A stretch of 64,000 nucleotides of DNA, taken from positions 384,001-448,000 of the forward strand of contig CAVSOU010000007.1 of the NCBI GenBank assembly GCA_963729625.1, read 5' to 3'. This DNA is from an uncultured bacterium. Lineage in GTDB: Bacteria > Chloroflexota > UBA5177 > JANWHV01. Below the pieces are notes generated by a model that worked only from the letters and a program-made list of their open reading frames with translations, was not told the DNA's origin and did no database searches. Position numbers and translations under genes: made by a program. Shown here in pieces: positions 20,502 to 31,138 of this stretch; the first letter of the stretch is position 1; each line of letters begins with the position of its first letter.

Positions 20502-21443
20502 GTGGAATATCGCAGAGCAGGAGCGTCAGGCCTGAAGGTCTCCGCAGTTGGACTTGGCACGAACAACTTTGGCGGGCGCACAGACGAGGTGCGTTCGATT
20601 TGCGTGATCGAGCGGGCGCTCGACGCCGGAATCACGACAATCGACACGGCTGACATTTACAGTCAGGGTCGTTCAGAAGAGATCGTCGGGCGTGCGTTGC
20701 GTGGCAAGCGTCACCGTGCTGAGATTCTGACCAAGGTGCACGGCGCAATGGGCCCGGGACCCCACGACCAGGGATCCAGCCGGGCGCACATCATGCTGGC
20801 CTGCGACGATAGCCTTCGCCGCCTGCAGACCGACTACATCGACCTGTATCAACTCCACAGCTGGGACCCTGACACGCCGATCGAGGAGACGATGCGAGCT
20901 CTGGACGATCTTGTGCGAGCTGGAAAGGTTCGCTACATCGGCTGCTCGAACTTCGCCGCATGGCAGATGATGTGGGGCATGTGGACAAGCGATCGCAGGG
21001 GCTACGCGTCCTTCGTAACCGTGCAGCCGCACTACAACCTTTTTGAACGCTCAGTCGAGGCCGAGCTCCTGCCCGCCTGTATGGCCTTCGGAATCGGTGT
21101 CATACCGTATTTCCCTCTTGCGGGCGGCCTTCTCACAGGCAAGTACAGCTCTGCATCCGACGTGCCCGCGGGTACCCGCTACCACGGGAACGAACGCTGG
21201 ATGAAGGAGCTCACAGACGAGAAACTGCACGTAGTGGCAGGATTGAGACAACTTGCCGCGAGCCAGGGCAAGACGGTCGGCCAGCTGGCGATCGCCTGGC
21301 TGTTGGCTCAGGCTTCAGTGTGCACGGTAATCGCTGGAGCCACCGGACCGGAGCAGATCGACGAGAATGCCGGCGCAGCGGGCTGGACGCTCGACGCGTC
21401 AGTCCTCGCGCAGGTCGCTGAAATCGCATGCCAGTCTGCGTAG
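20502..21443 (+). CDS. Aldo/keto reductase
   Basis: GLGTNNFG, IDTADIY, SLRRLQTDYIDLYQLH, GKVRYIGCSN. Confidence 0.93.
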   Translation: MEYRRAGASGLKVSAVGLGTNNFGGRTDEVRSICVIERALDAGITTIDTADIYSQGRSEEIVGRALRGKRHRAEILTKVHGAMGPGPHDQGSSRAHIMLACDDSLRRLQTDYIDLYQLHSWDPDTPIEETMRALDDLVRAGKVRYIGCSNFAAWQMMWGMWTSDRRGYASFVTVQPHYNLFERSVEAELLPACMAFGIGVIPYFPLAGGLLTGKYSSASDVPAGTRYHGNERWMKELTDEKLHVVAGLRQLAASQGKTVGQLAIAWLLAQASVCTVIAGATGPEQIDENAGAAGWTLDASVLAQVAEIACQSA

Positions 21444-22069
21444 CGAACTCCAGGGCCGCGCTTCGCCCGGAGCTCTTCAGCTTTGCGTGCCTGCTCCTTC
21501 GCATCCGCCAAACGACCGACTTGCAAGTACAGGATGCTTAGGTCTCGGCGCAGCTTGGAGTTGGTCGGGTCTCGGGCTATGTCGAATTCGAGCTCACCGA
21601 TCTGGTTGGCCTGTGTTCGCGGTAGTGCGATCTGTCCAAAGCTCCTCGTGGGACCTGGGAGCGATTCGAAGTCGCTGGCGGCGAAGGAACCCGCTTGCGA
21701 CGGAGCGTCCGCGTAACCGACATCGCCGGAACCATTTGAGACCTGCGCCGCTTCCTGATCTCGGCTCAGCTTTTCGAGCACCTTGCCGCGAAGCACGGAG
21801 AACGACCCGTCGTGTGGACTGAGCTGTATCGCAGCGTCTATTTCTTTCAAGGCATCGTCGAACTCGCCCAGGTGCGTCAACACCATGCACAGCTGGGCCC
21901 TCAGGGATGCACTCTCAGTCGCCAGGCCGACCGCCATCTTGAGATCGACCTTAGCTAATCGAAACTCGTTCCTTTGCATATGCTCGGCAGCAGATTGCTC
22001 GAGCTCGCGGGCCTTGTCAAGGCGATCTGAGGTTTCGACCGCTGGTCGAAACCGGCTGAAGACGCCCAT
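21308..22069 (-). CDS. Tetratricopeptide repeat protein
   Basis: TPR-like helices (LGEFDDALKEIDAAIQLSP; LYLQVGRLADAKEQ); RBS GGAGAGG before ATG 22069. The 3' end overlaps the AKR gene. Confidence 0.7.
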   Translation of the reverse strand: MGVFSRFRPAVETSDRLDKARELEQSAAEHMQRNEFRLAKVDLKMAVGLATESASLRAQLCMVLTHLGEFDDALKEIDAAIQLSPHDGSFSVLRGKVLEKLSRDQEAAQVSNGSGDVGYADAPSQAGSFAASDFESLPGPTRSFGQIALPRTQANQIGELEFDIARDPTNSKLRRDLSILYLQVGRLADAKEQARKAEELRAKRGPGVRYADWHAISATCARTDASSVQPAAPAFSSICSGPVAPAITVHTEA

Positions 22070-22698
22070 ACTACAACCTCTCCACTGGAACGAGCAATGC
22101 GCGTCCAATTTCAGTTTGGTCTAGTAGAGATCTCCTCACATGTCTCACTCGCGGTCAAGTACCCATTCAGCGTACAAACGACCTTAATTCGCTCTCCGAC
22201 TGCCTGGCTCACGTGGGTCTTCCAGCCTCGTCGCAGGCCCGCGCGGGACAGTTTGCTTCCATCTTCTATTCGGCAAAGCGATCGTAGCACTGCTGTCGAG
22301 CAGTTAGAGCCGGAGCTCGAGCGTGCTATGATCCCCCAAACGGACAGCGTTGCTCCGCGCCAGAGGAATGCCGTGCGAGAGCACGTAGACGCGCGTGCCA
22401 GAACAACGCTAGGCGACGGCTTCGTGACAACGCCGCGCCGATACTGTGTGCCGTTCATCGACTGTGATGCGCGGCGAAACTAGATGCGGATCGGACCGCC
22501 CGTGGCAGAGCACACGTCATTCGGAAAGATGCTCCTATGCTCGCTCGCTCAGAGTCGCGTGCTCGAAGTGAGAATGCTGCGCGCCGCGGCACTGTGCAGC
22601 GTCCTCGCGGCGGCATGCGCTCCGCACTCCTCCAGCAGCTTGCGCCTTCCACGTCGTAACGCCATCAATATGGTAGAACTCCAATGAAAGGTACGGCC

Positions 22699-23349
22699 AT
22701 GCAGCACACAGAACGCACTTCTATCAGCCAACATGCGGAGCGCGCGGCCCATGACACCGACACGATCTTCAGCATCCTGGATGCCGGGGTCGTGTGCCAC
22801 GTCGGATTCATTCACGACGGGCTTCCGTTTGTCCTTCCCATGAACTACGGCCGCTCGAACGACACGATCTACCTGCATGGTTCGCCTCAGAGCCGGATGA
22901 TGCGCGTCCTCGCCGGCGGCGCACCGGTGTGCATCACCGCTACCCACCTCGACGGCCTGGTGCTTGCGAGGTCAACATGTAGTCACTCGGCCAATTTTCG
23001 ATCGGTCGTTATCCTCGGACGCGGAAGGCTGGTAACCGGCAAGGACGAAAAGGAAGAGGCCCTGCGCGTCATCGTTGAGCAGGTTATACCGGGACGATCG
23101 GCTGAGGCGCGCAGCCCGAGTGCGAAAGAGTTGCAGGGCACTATGGTCATCGCCGTGAAGATTGAAGAGGCCTCCGCAAAAATACGGAGCGGAGGCCCAA
23201 AGGATTCGCCGGCGGACCGCGCACTTGAAGTATGGGCCGGAGTCCTGCCGCTCTCAATCGTGCCAGGTGTGCCCGTGCCCGACTCTGACCTTGCGTCGCA
23301 TCTCGCGTTGCCGGAGTACGTCGCAAACTACCGTCGCGCACCACAGTAA
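22699..23349 (+). CDS. Pyridoxamine 5'-phosphate oxidase-like flavin-nucleotide-binding protein
   Basis: ILDAGVVCHVGF, PFVLPMNY, IYLHGS, DGLVLARS, HSANFRSV, SAKIRSGGP. Confidence 0.9.
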   Translation: MQHTERTSISQHAERAAHDTDTIFSILDAGVVCHVGFIHDGLPFVLPMNYGRSNDTIYLHGSPQSRMMRVLAGGAPVCITATHLDGLVLARSTCSHSANFRSVVILGRGRLVTGKDEKEEALRVIVEQVIPGRSAEARSPSAKELQGTMVIAVKIEEASAKIRSGGPKDSPADRALEVWAGVLPLSIVPGVPVPDSDLASHLALPEYVANYRRAPQ

Positions 23350-23521
23350 CGCGTCAGGACGCCCCCGAACGCTCCGCCCGTCGTTGCAACGTGGCGATTC
23401 GGAAGCCCTGCGACGCGCATTCGCGGGCTTCGGCCGCGCTGTGTCCGCCCTGCCGGACCGCGCGACGCGGCAGGGCTGACATAATTGTTGGCCGGAGCCG
23501 CCTAGCGAGCTCCATGTGCCC

Positions 23522-23548
23522 TAAAGTTCGCACGAGTGTTGCCGATAC
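23522..23548 (+). promoter_or_regulatory. Sigma-28 (FliA/SigD) promoter
   Basis: TAAA-N15-GCCGATAC upstream of the MCP gene; consensus is TAAA-N15-GCCGATAA. Confidence 0.8.
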
Positions 23549-23757
23549 TACTGCTGGTAGACTCGTTCACTCTAGTTGGCCAACGCGAGGCTCGTGGGCT
23601 GGGGATTGGCGTCTGGTTGCCAGACGCGGGCTTTCGATGCGTGCCTTGCACGATATCGTACTGCGGATAGTGCAATCACCTGGTCGAGAAGGCGGCGGCG
23701 GCAGGGTTACATGTGAAGCTTGCCGCACGTCGAGCGAGCAGAAAGGAAGTCCGGACC

Positions 23758-25821
23758 ATGGGTTGGCTCGAGAACCTCAGGCTCACGCCAAAGCTGCTGG
23801 GTAGCTTCGTTGTGATGGCGCTGCTGACAGTATCCGTGGGCGCCGCCGGCTTCCTCGGGATCACCAGCGTGAACAATCAAACGCAGAGCATCAGGGATTC
23901 TGCGGCGCCGGCGCTCATCGACCTGCTGTCCATACACGACAATATCAACTGGGAGATGCGCGCAACGCGCGGTGAGATTCTGGCATCGACGCCTGCCAAG
24001 ATCGCCGACGTCAGCGGCGACGCCGAGGCCGCGCGCGCGAACATACGCAGCTACTTGAGCAAATACAAGACGCTGGCCATCGGGAGTGCGGCAGATGCCG
24101 CCGCCCTGGCGCGCATGGACAAGAATCTCACTGCCTTCCTTACCCGCAGCGAAGACGTGCAGCGCATCGCAGCCGCGAACACGCCTGCCGGAGACGCGGC
24201 CGCTACCACGTTGACGCTTGGGCCCCAAGCAGACGCCATAGACGCGATCGATCCGGACATGCAGTCCCTTTTGGCAAGTGCGCAGCAGGCGCTCGATTCC
24301 GCTGGTGCGGGCGCGAACTCCACCTACCACCTTTCGCTGCTGCTGTTAGTTCTGGCGATTCTCGCCTCGGTGATTCTGTCAGTAGGAGCGGGCTTGCTAC
24401 TGTCACGGTCGATCGCGCGTGGCGTTCGCGCCGTACAGTCCGTTCTCGGCTCGCTGACCGACCGGTACGCGACGGCGCTCGACGAGGCGATGGAAGCGTT
24501 GGCGAATAACGACCTGACTGTCGCGATCGAACCCAGCACCAAGCCGATTCCACGCTACGGGCGGGACGAGATAGGTCAGACCGCGGAGATCACCAATATC
24601 CTGCTCAAGAAGGTTCAATCGGTGGTAACGAGCTACGAGTCCGCTCGGACAGGGCTGCAGCAGACCATTCGGGAAGTAGCACAATCGTCGGATCACGTCA
24701 CGTCCGGCGCGGCCCGCCTGGCGCAAGCTACGGAGCAGGTCGGGCAGGCCAGCACGCAGATTGCACGCGCGATCGAGGAAGTGGCCCGCGGTACCGGTGA
24801 GCAGAGCAGAGAGGGCGGTCAGGTGATCGCCAGGATGGGCGGTCTCACGGCGCAAGTGCAGCAGGTTGCATCTGGCGCCGAGGCACAACGGCAGGCGATT
24901 GCCGAGGCAGTCGAGGCAATTGCACGCTTACGCGACGCACTGGCCGACACGACGCGGAGCGTGGAAGCAGTCAGCGACGCCGCGGGCCGGGCGTCCAACA
25001 CGGCAAAAGACGGCGGTGACGCCGTCGCTCAGACGATCAGCAGCATCCATGGAGTACGTGCAGCGGTGGACAAGAGTTCCCAGCAAGTCACGGCCCTGGG
25101 CAAGCGCAGCCAGGAGATCAGCGAAATCGTGGAAGCAATCGACGACATCGCTTCGCAGACTAACCTTCTGGCGTTGAACGCCGCCATAGAGGCGGCTCGG
25201 GCCGGCGAACATGGCCGGGGGTTCACGGTAGTGGCGGCCGAGGTGCGAAAGTTGGCGGAGCGCGCCAGTAGCGAGACCCGCCAGATCACGCAGCGCATCA
25301 CGGCGATTCAGCAACAGGTGGCGGACGTTGTCCAGGCCATGGAGATCGGAAGGGACGAAGTTGAGAAGAGCGAAACCCTTGGCAGGCGCGCGGAAGACGC
25401 CCTGCACAGCATCCTCGCAGTAGTCGAAGAAACGCATGCGCAGGCCGATGCCATCGCCGACACGGTGAAGCGGATGAGTACCGGTGTCGCCGCCGTCAGC
25501 GCGACATCGGACCGCGTTGCCGTGATCGCCGGGGAGACCGCGCAAGCCGCCAACCAGATGCGCCAGGGGGCCGAGCAGGTTCAGGGCGCCGTAGAGAGCA
25601 TCAGTGCGGTAAGCGAAGAGACGGCCGCGGGCGCGGAAGAAGTCAGCGCGTCGACCGAGGAGCAGACTGAGGGCGTGCAGGCAATTAGCAGGGAAGCGCA
25701 AGAGCTCGCCGCACTCGCTCTGGGGCTCAAAGAGGTTGTTGGCCGATTCAACCTGAAGAACGAGGAACCCGCTCGCCGCGATCAGGCTCCGTCCCGACTG
25801 CGCATCGCGCGCATCGTCTGA
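23758..25821 (+). CDS. Methyl-accepting chemotaxis protein (4HB sensor, HAMP, extended signalling domain)
   Basis: Two TM segments; RDEIGQ HAMP; [39 protein letters not shown]. Confidence 0.96.
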   Translation: MGWLENLRLTPKLLGSFVVMALLTVSVGAAGFLGITSVNNQTQSIRDSAAPALIDLLSIHDNINWEMRATRGEILASTPAKIADVSGDAEAARANIRSYLSKYKTLAIGSAADAAALARMDKNLTAFLTRSEDVQRIAAANTPAGDAAATTLTLGPQADAIDAIDPDMQSLLASAQQALDSAGAGANSTYHLSLLLLVLAILASVILSVGAGLLLSRSIARGVRAVQSVLGSLTDRYATALDEAMEALANNDLTVAIEPSTKPIPRYGRDEIGQTAEITNILLKKVQSVVTSYESARTGLQQTIREVAQSSDHVTSGAARLAQATEQVGQASTQIARAIEEVARGTGEQSREGGQVIARMGGLTAQVQQVASGAEAQRQAIAEAVEAIARLRDALADTTRSVEAVSDAAGRASNTAKDGGDAVAQTISSIHGVRAAVDKSSQQVTALGKRSQEISEIVEAIDDIASQTNLLALNAAIEAARAGEHGRGFTVVAAEVRKLAERASSETRQITQRITAIQQQVADVVQAMEIGRDEVEKSETLGRRAEDALHSILAVVEETHAQADAIADTVKRMSTGVAAVSATSDRVAVIAGETAQAANQMRQGAEQVQGAVESISAVSEETAAGAEEVSASTEEQTEGVQAISREAQELAALALGLKEVVGRFNLKNEEPARRDQAPSRLRIARIV

Positions 25822-25954
25822 CCGGACGCGCTGCCCAAGAATCGTGACCGCCGCGCCTACAGTAGAAAGCAGACGCGGCAAGCGCGCGACTCCTGGCGCT
25901 CAACGAGCGTTGATCCTTGCTCGTGGTCTGTGACACCCAGGACGTGCTATCTAT

Positions 25955-25983
25955 TTGACTTGTCAACTACTGACGTGTAAGTT
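25955..25983 (+). promoter_or_regulatory. Sigma-70-type promoter of the catE-like gene
   Basis: TTGACT-17 nt-TAAGTT, overlapped by the short palindrome TTGAC-TT-GTCAA. Confidence 0.55.
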
Positions 25984-26043
25984 AATTGTGAGGGAACCGG
26001 ATCGCGAAGTATCGGGCGACAGACTCAAGCACGGAGACAGCTC

Positions 26044-26934
26044 ATGGGAAATCAAGCACAGACCGCAGCAAGCGCATCTATCGATTCGCGCACCAGCGTG
26101 GGCCAGGTCACTCTGGCCGTCGCCGATCTCGACCGCAGCATAGCGTTCTATAGCGCGGGATTCGGCTTCGCCGTTCAGTCGCGGGCAGGCAATCAGGCAT
26201 CACTTGGCGCCGGAGACGCAACGTTGCTCCACTTGATCGAGGAGCAGAGTGCGCGACCTTGGCCGGGACGCTACACCGGACTCTACCATTTTGCGGTGCT
26301 TGTGCCCACTCGTGCCGACCTCGGTCGCTGGCTGCGGCACTGGTTGGAGGCAGGCCATCCACTTCCGGGCCAAGGAGATCACCTCGTAAGCGAGGCTCTG
26401 TATCTCTCGGACCCCGATGACAACGGCATCGAGATCTACCGCGATCGCCCGCGAAGCGACTGGACATGGCAGAACGGACGGGTACGCATGGCGACCGACC
26501 CTGTGGACATTCGGGCAGTGCTTGCCGCCGGCGACGCGATCGATCTGCCGTGGAGTGGCTTGCCAAACGGAACTCGAGTCGGCCACATGCATCTCCAGGT
26601 AGGAGACATTTCGCAGGCCGCGGATTTCTACCACGACGTGCTCGGGTTCGACATCGTTGCGCGAATCCCCAGCGCGCTCTTCGTCTCAGCAGGCGGCTAC
26701 CACCACCATATTGGTATGAACACGTGGCACACCCAGGGTGCATCGGCCGCTCCGGCCGGCTTCGCCGGCCTGCGACAGTTCACCATCGACTTTGCCGACG
26801 ACGCGACGCGGTCAGCAGTAATCGAGCGGTTGCAGGCCGCGGGCCATGCGGCATCGATACAGGACGGAGAGGCAATTATCCAGGACCCGTGGCACAACAC
26901 AATCCGCCTGCGACTTGACCCGCGGCCGGCATGA
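26044..26934 (+). CDS. VOC-family catechol 2,3-dioxygenase-like protein (CatE-like)
   Basis: GLYHFAVLVP, DHLVSEALYLSDPDDNGIEIYRDRP, GHMHL, GGYHHHIGMNTW. Confidence 0.9.
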   Translation: MGNQAQTAASASIDSRTSVGQVTLAVADLDRSIAFYSAGFGFAVQSRAGNQASLGAGDATLLHLIEEQSARPWPGRYTGLYHFAVLVPTRADLGRWLRHWLEAGHPLPGQGDHLVSEALYLSDPDDNGIEIYRDRPRSDWTWQNGRVRMATDPVDIRAVLAAGDAIDLPWSGLPNGTRVGHMHLQVGDISQAADFYHDVLGFDIVARIPSALFVSAGGYHHHIGMNTWHTQGASAAPAGFAGLRQFTIDFADDATRSAVIERLQAAGHAASIQDGEAIIQDPWHNTIRLRLDPRPA

Positions 26935-26936
26935 CG

Positions 26937-27965
26937 CTATGTGGCGCTCGACCTCGCCCAGAGATTGATGTGGCCTTCTGCCGCATATCGGTCGATTTCG
27001 GTCAATTCGCCGTGCGTGAACTCGAGCTTCTTGATTGCGCCGAGTGAGTCTTCAAGCTGGGCGACGCTGCTGACACCGATCAGCGCTGACGTCACCCGGG
27101 CATCGCGCAACGTCCAGGCCAGGGCCATCTGGGCCAGTGTCTGTCCTCGTTTCTTGGCGATCTCGTTCAGGGCCTTGATACGCGCCATATTGTCGTCGGT
27201 CAGAAGGTCGGGAGAGAGCGAGGCATTTGCGCTGGCGCGTGAGCCTGCGGGAATGCCACGCAAGTATTTGTCGCTGAGCATGCCCTGTGCAAGTGGCGAG
27301 AAGGCAATGCAGCCGACGCCTTCCTCGCCCAGTGCGTCAAGCAGGTCTCCTTCGATCCACCGGTTCAACATCGAGTATGACGGCTGGTGGATCAGGAGCG
27401 GCGTCCCCAAGCGGCGCAAGATTGCCGAGGCCTCTCGCGTTTTGACCGCCGAGTAAGAGGAGATACCGGCATAAAGCGCCTTTCCCGTGCGTACGGCACT
27501 GTCCAGCGCGCCCATCGTCTCCTCCAGCGGCGTCTCAGGATCGAAGCGATGCGAATAGAAGATGTCGACGTACTCAAGGCCCATCCGCTTGAGCGACTGA
27601 TCCAGGCTAGCCAGAAGGTACTTTCGCGATCCCCATTCGCCGTATGGACCCGGCCACATGTCGTAGCCGGCCTTGGTAGAAATGACGAGCTCGTCGCGGT
27701 ACGGCCGGAAGTCCGCGGCGAAAATACGGCCAAAGTTGGCCTCGGCCGATCCGTATGGCGGCCCGTAGTTGTTAGCCAGGTCAAAATGCGTGACGCCGAG
27801 ATCGAATGCTCGCCGGAGGACGGCTCGCTGCGTCTCCAGTGGTCGTCCATCGCCAAAATTGTGCCATAGCCCGAGCGACACTGCCGGCAGTCGCAACCCG
27901 CTGCGACCGCTACGGCGATAGACCATGTTGCCATATCGGTCAAGTGATGCTTCGTATGCCACCAC
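26937..27965 (-). CDS. gpr: L-glyceraldehyde 3-phosphate/methylglyoxal reductase (YghZ/MgrA-type AKR)
   Basis: SLGLWHNFG, HFDLANNYGPPYGSAE, STKAGYDMWPGPYG, LLIHQPSYSM. Confidence 0.92.
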   Translation of the reverse strand: MVAYEASLDRYGNMVYRRSGRSGLRLPAVSLGLWHNFGDGRPLETQRAVLRRAFDLGVTHFDLANNYGPPYGSAEANFGRIFAADFRPYRDELVISTKAGYDMWPGPYGEWGSRKYLLASLDQSLKRMGLEYVDIFYSHRFDPETPLEETMGALDSAVRTGKALYAGISSYSAVKTREASAILRRLGTPLLIHQPSYSMLNRWIEGDLLDALGEEGVGCIAFSPLAQGMLSDKYLRGIPAGSRASANASLSPDLLTDDNMARIKALNEIAKKRGQTLAQMALAWTLRDARVTSALIGVSSVAQLEDSLGAIKKLEFTHGELTEIDRYAAEGHINLWARSSAT

Positions 27966-28256
27966 TACCTCCTTGTTTGAAACTGTGCAACCGCCTTGAA
28001 GTCACAATCCAATTGATAGCTTAGCGCACGGAGGGCCAGCCCGGTGCGCCATCATAGCCGCGAGCGCGCTGAACTGAGCCGGGTCAGAACCGCCATGCAA
28101 GGTGAGCGCGGCCTCCTCGGCAGGCGCAAACCCAACGGCTTCGGGCCGAGCGATGTCATGAGCACCCTTCGAGCTGGCCACGCCCGGCTGACTGGCGACA
28201 TCGAAATGATCTCGCATGGTCAGGCCCCCCGGTGAAACGGCGAGCCTCCCTTCCCA

Positions 28257-29876
28257 TCACGACGAGGAACCGGTCCGGCCATGTCGTCTGCGCAGGGCGG
28301 AGCGGAGTCGCTGCCAGGCGTCGCGGGCACGCTCCACCTGAGTACTATCGACGCGTCCGGGCCCGTAGCGCGCGGCCACGAAAGCTTGTGTAAGGCCGGA
28401 TGCCGCGTCGTGAGCTTCAGGCACCCGGCTTCCGAGATCCGCGGCGTACTCCGCGGGTGTTTGCCCAGCCCGTCGCGCGTATCCGCGGCGTGCGGCGTGT
28501 TCGAGCGCCGCGAGATAGAGGGTGACGACGGCCTTTCGAGCCGGCAGCCCATCGAGAGCCGGACCATGCATGCGGCGAATTCGCGCGCTCACGCGGTCCG
28601 GACCTCGTGCCGCGAACACGCGCGCACGTGCGGCAAGTCGTCTGGCAGGCGCAGGCAACAGTGCCGCGAGCAGGCGCACGTAGCGGCTCAGCGTCGCGAC
28701 AAGTGATCGCCAGCCGCGCCGTCCGGATCGGCCTTGCCCGCCGGACAGAGAGGCGTACGCCAATGCAAGCACCGCTACGACGCCGAGCAGCACCGGCCAT
28801 TGCCCTGCCACCTCCTGCACGGCGTGAGTGAACGCCCGCCAGAGATAGTCGAGCAGGCGCCAGATACCTGCCTCCGACTGAGAGGGCAGCATCGGAACAT
28901 GGCGCGCCGGAGTCGGCAGTCCTGGGCCGCCACTGTGCGCGCACGCGCCGGTCGGGCACGGCGTCGGAGCAGGCGCACTGAACCAGCCCCACGGAAGAAG
29001 CCGGAGCAGCGGCAGGAGCACCGCGTCCCCCAACCACGCGGCAAGGACCCGCACGATATCCAGGAGGTGTGAGGCCAGGAGCAGCGCGGCAACGATCAGC
29101 GTCAACAAAACACTATCCGAGCCAGCCCGGCGCCATTCTCCCGTGACGCGCGCTGGAACGTCGCAGCCGGCGAGCTGCCACTGCGCCATCTTGCGCCTAT
29201 GCGCGGAGTAGCAAGCTAAGACGAGCGCGACGACGAGATACGTGCCGAACGCCGCCAGCCCCAGTGTGCCTTCCAGCACCCTGTTCGGCGCAGCGCGGCC
29301 GTGCAGCAGCAGCGCGAGCGCCAGAACCAGAGTCACGCCGCCCAAGCTCAGCCAGGTCTGACCCAGCAGCTCGCTTCTGGATGCCCCGCCGGCTCGCGAA
29401 CGTTTGCCGTCGTCCGCTTCCCACGGCTGGACTTCCAGCAGGGTCCAGGCTCGCGTCCGAGACGCCGCATGACTGACGGTCACCCCACAAAGAACCAGGG
29501 CGAGAAACGCGGACCAGCGGTAGTCCCACGAAGACACGTCGCCGCCGATGCCGCGGGCCCGCGACTCGACCGCGGGGAACGCCAGGCAGAGCAGGCTTGA
29601 GGCCGCTAGCTGGGCGATCAGTACATTGCGCCGGAACGTTCGTCCGGCAAGTATTCCCATTCCGGCCAGTCGCATGGTCGTCGACACGGACGTTACCGCC
29701 AGGCCGACCAGGCACGCTATCACCGCCGCCTCCTGAGCGGCCAGCCAGTGGAGCGGCAGTGCGCCGGAGCAAGCCAACAGGCCCAAGGGAAAGGCGACAG
29801 ATAGAAGGACCAGGCAGATCGTTGCCAACTCGTTCTCGCGGACTGCTGCAGGTGCGCCGAAGTATGGCGTCGTCAT
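28257..29876 (-). CDS. Multi-pass membrane protein with C-terminal DUF4129
   Basis: Many TM segments; C-terminal GYARRAGQTPAEY...LTQAFVAARYG. Start overlaps the DUF58 stop (ATGA). Confidence 0.75.
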   Translation of the reverse strand: MTTPYFGAPAAVRENELATICLVLLSVAFPLGLLACSGALPLHWLAAQEAAVIACLVGLAVTSVSTTMRLAGMGILAGRTFRRNVLIAQLAASSLLCLAFPAVESRARGIGGDVSSWDYRWSAFLALVLCGVTVSHAASRTRAWTLLEVQPWEADDGKRSRAGGASRSELLGQTWLSLGGVTLVLALALLLHGRAAPNRVLEGTLGLAAFGTYLVVALVLACYSAHRRKMAQWQLAGCDVPARVTGEWRRAGSDSVLLTLIVAALLLASHLLDIVRVLAAWLGDAVLLPLLRLLPWGWFSAPAPTPCPTGACAHSGGPGLPTPARHVPMLPSQSEAGIWRLLDYLWRAFTHAVQEVAGQWPVLLGVVAVLALAYASLSGGQGRSGRRGWRSLVATLSRYVRLLAALLPAPARRLAARARVFAARGPDRVSARIRRMHGPALDGLPARKAVVTLYLAALEHAARRGYARRAGQTPAEYAADLGSRVPEAHDAASGLTQAFVAARYGPGRVDSTQVERARDAWQRLRSALRRRHGRTGSSS

Positions 29877-31138
29877 GCCGATACTCCCAGGGACGGCGCG
29901 TCCGACCAAACGCCGCGTGCGTGAACGCCCAGCGAGCGAGCGCGGCTCTCGATGCCGGCGTCGACTCCCTGCTGGCCAATGACCAGCAGTACTACAAGCA
30001 GGCCTGTCTTGCGCAGACCGTGAAGGACCATCAGTAGCGCATCGTCGACGAACCCGGTGACAACAATCAGCGTCGAGCCCCACGGCAGAGATACCTGCCT
30101 GGACTGCAGATCGTGCAGAAGGGGCCGGTCCGCCGCACGTTCAAGGCGAGCTAGGACTTCGAGGACACGTGTCAGCTGGGTGCGACCCTTTGATGGCGGG
30201 AGCGCCGGCGGGACGACACCCGTCTCGTCCGCCATCGCAGTCGATTGAGATGCGGCTTCGCCCGCGTATGTCTCAACCAGGACGCTCGGTATCGCGTCCG
30301 GCCCACTCTCCATCGGAGTTAGCCGTCCATTTGTCACCAGGCCAACCGCTTGTCGCATGTCGGTAAGGCGCTGGGCAACAGTTGCGGCAACGCTGATCGC
30401 CAACTCGCACGCTACGAAGTGATTTGCACCTGGGTAACCCGACCGATCGAGATCGAGGTAGATCATGGTTTGTACGGTCGTGGCAGGGTCGAACAGCTTC
30501 ACTTGCAGAGTGCCCGAGGCGGCTGTTGCACGCCAGTGAATGTCGTGCAGTGGATCGCCTGCGCGGTAGTCTCGCACCCCGCACGCGCGAGCGGGGTCGC
30601 CGAGGATTGGCCGCCGGCTACGAAGATCGCCAAACAACGCGACCGCCGGTAGGTCAAGCTCGTGCACCGCGAGGATACGTGGATAAACCAGCACGTACTG
30701 CTTAGTCGGCAGAAGCAGGTCGCGCTGGATGATGCCGAATACGTCCCCCAGTGACAGAGCCAGCGGGCCGGAGCAGTGAAGCCCGCGCTGCCTGCCGACG
30801 AGCTCATAGCTCAGCACTTCCTGCCGCCCGCTGGCGACGGCGAGCACGCGGTGGCATCGATCCGCAACACGCAATCCGACCGGCGTCGACTCGGTTAGCT
30901 CGAGCCAGGGGATAGAAAACACGCTGTGATTCTCGATCGCGATGGTGACAGTCGTCTTCTCGCCAAAGAACAAGCGCGGCTCCATTATGCGATTGACCCT
31001 GAGATCGGCGGTAGCGCCGCGCAGCCACACGTGCGCTCCAACACGCACCACAAGCACCACGGCAAAGGCGAAGAACAGCGGGCCGCATTGGAAGTAGACG
31101 GATACCGCCAGCCAACTCAGCATGGCAAGGGTTCTCAT
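29873..31138 (-). CDS. DUF58 domain protein
   Basis: GVRDYRAGDPLHDIHWRATA, LQVKLFD; immediately downstream of moxR. Confidence 0.9.
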   Translation of the reverse strand: MRTLAMLSWLAVSVYFQCGPLFFAFAVVLVVRVGAHVWLRGATADLRVNRIMEPRLFFGEKTTVTIAIENHSVFSIPWLELTESTPVGLRVADRCHRVLAVASGRQEVLSYELVGRQRGLHCSGPLALSLGDVFGIIQRDLLLPTKQYVLVYPRILAVHELDLPAVALFGDLRSRRPILGDPARACGVRDYRAGDPLHDIHWRATAASGTLQVKLFDPATTVQTMIYLDLDRSGYPGANHFVACELAISVAATVAQRLTDMRQAVGLVTNGRLTPMESGPDAIPSVLVETYAGEAASQSTAMADETGVVPPALPPSKGRTQLTRVLEVLARLERAADRPLLHDLQSRQVSLPWGSTLIVVTGFVDDALLMVLHGLRKTGLLVVLLVIGQQGVDAGIESRARSLGVHARGVWSDAPSLGVSA

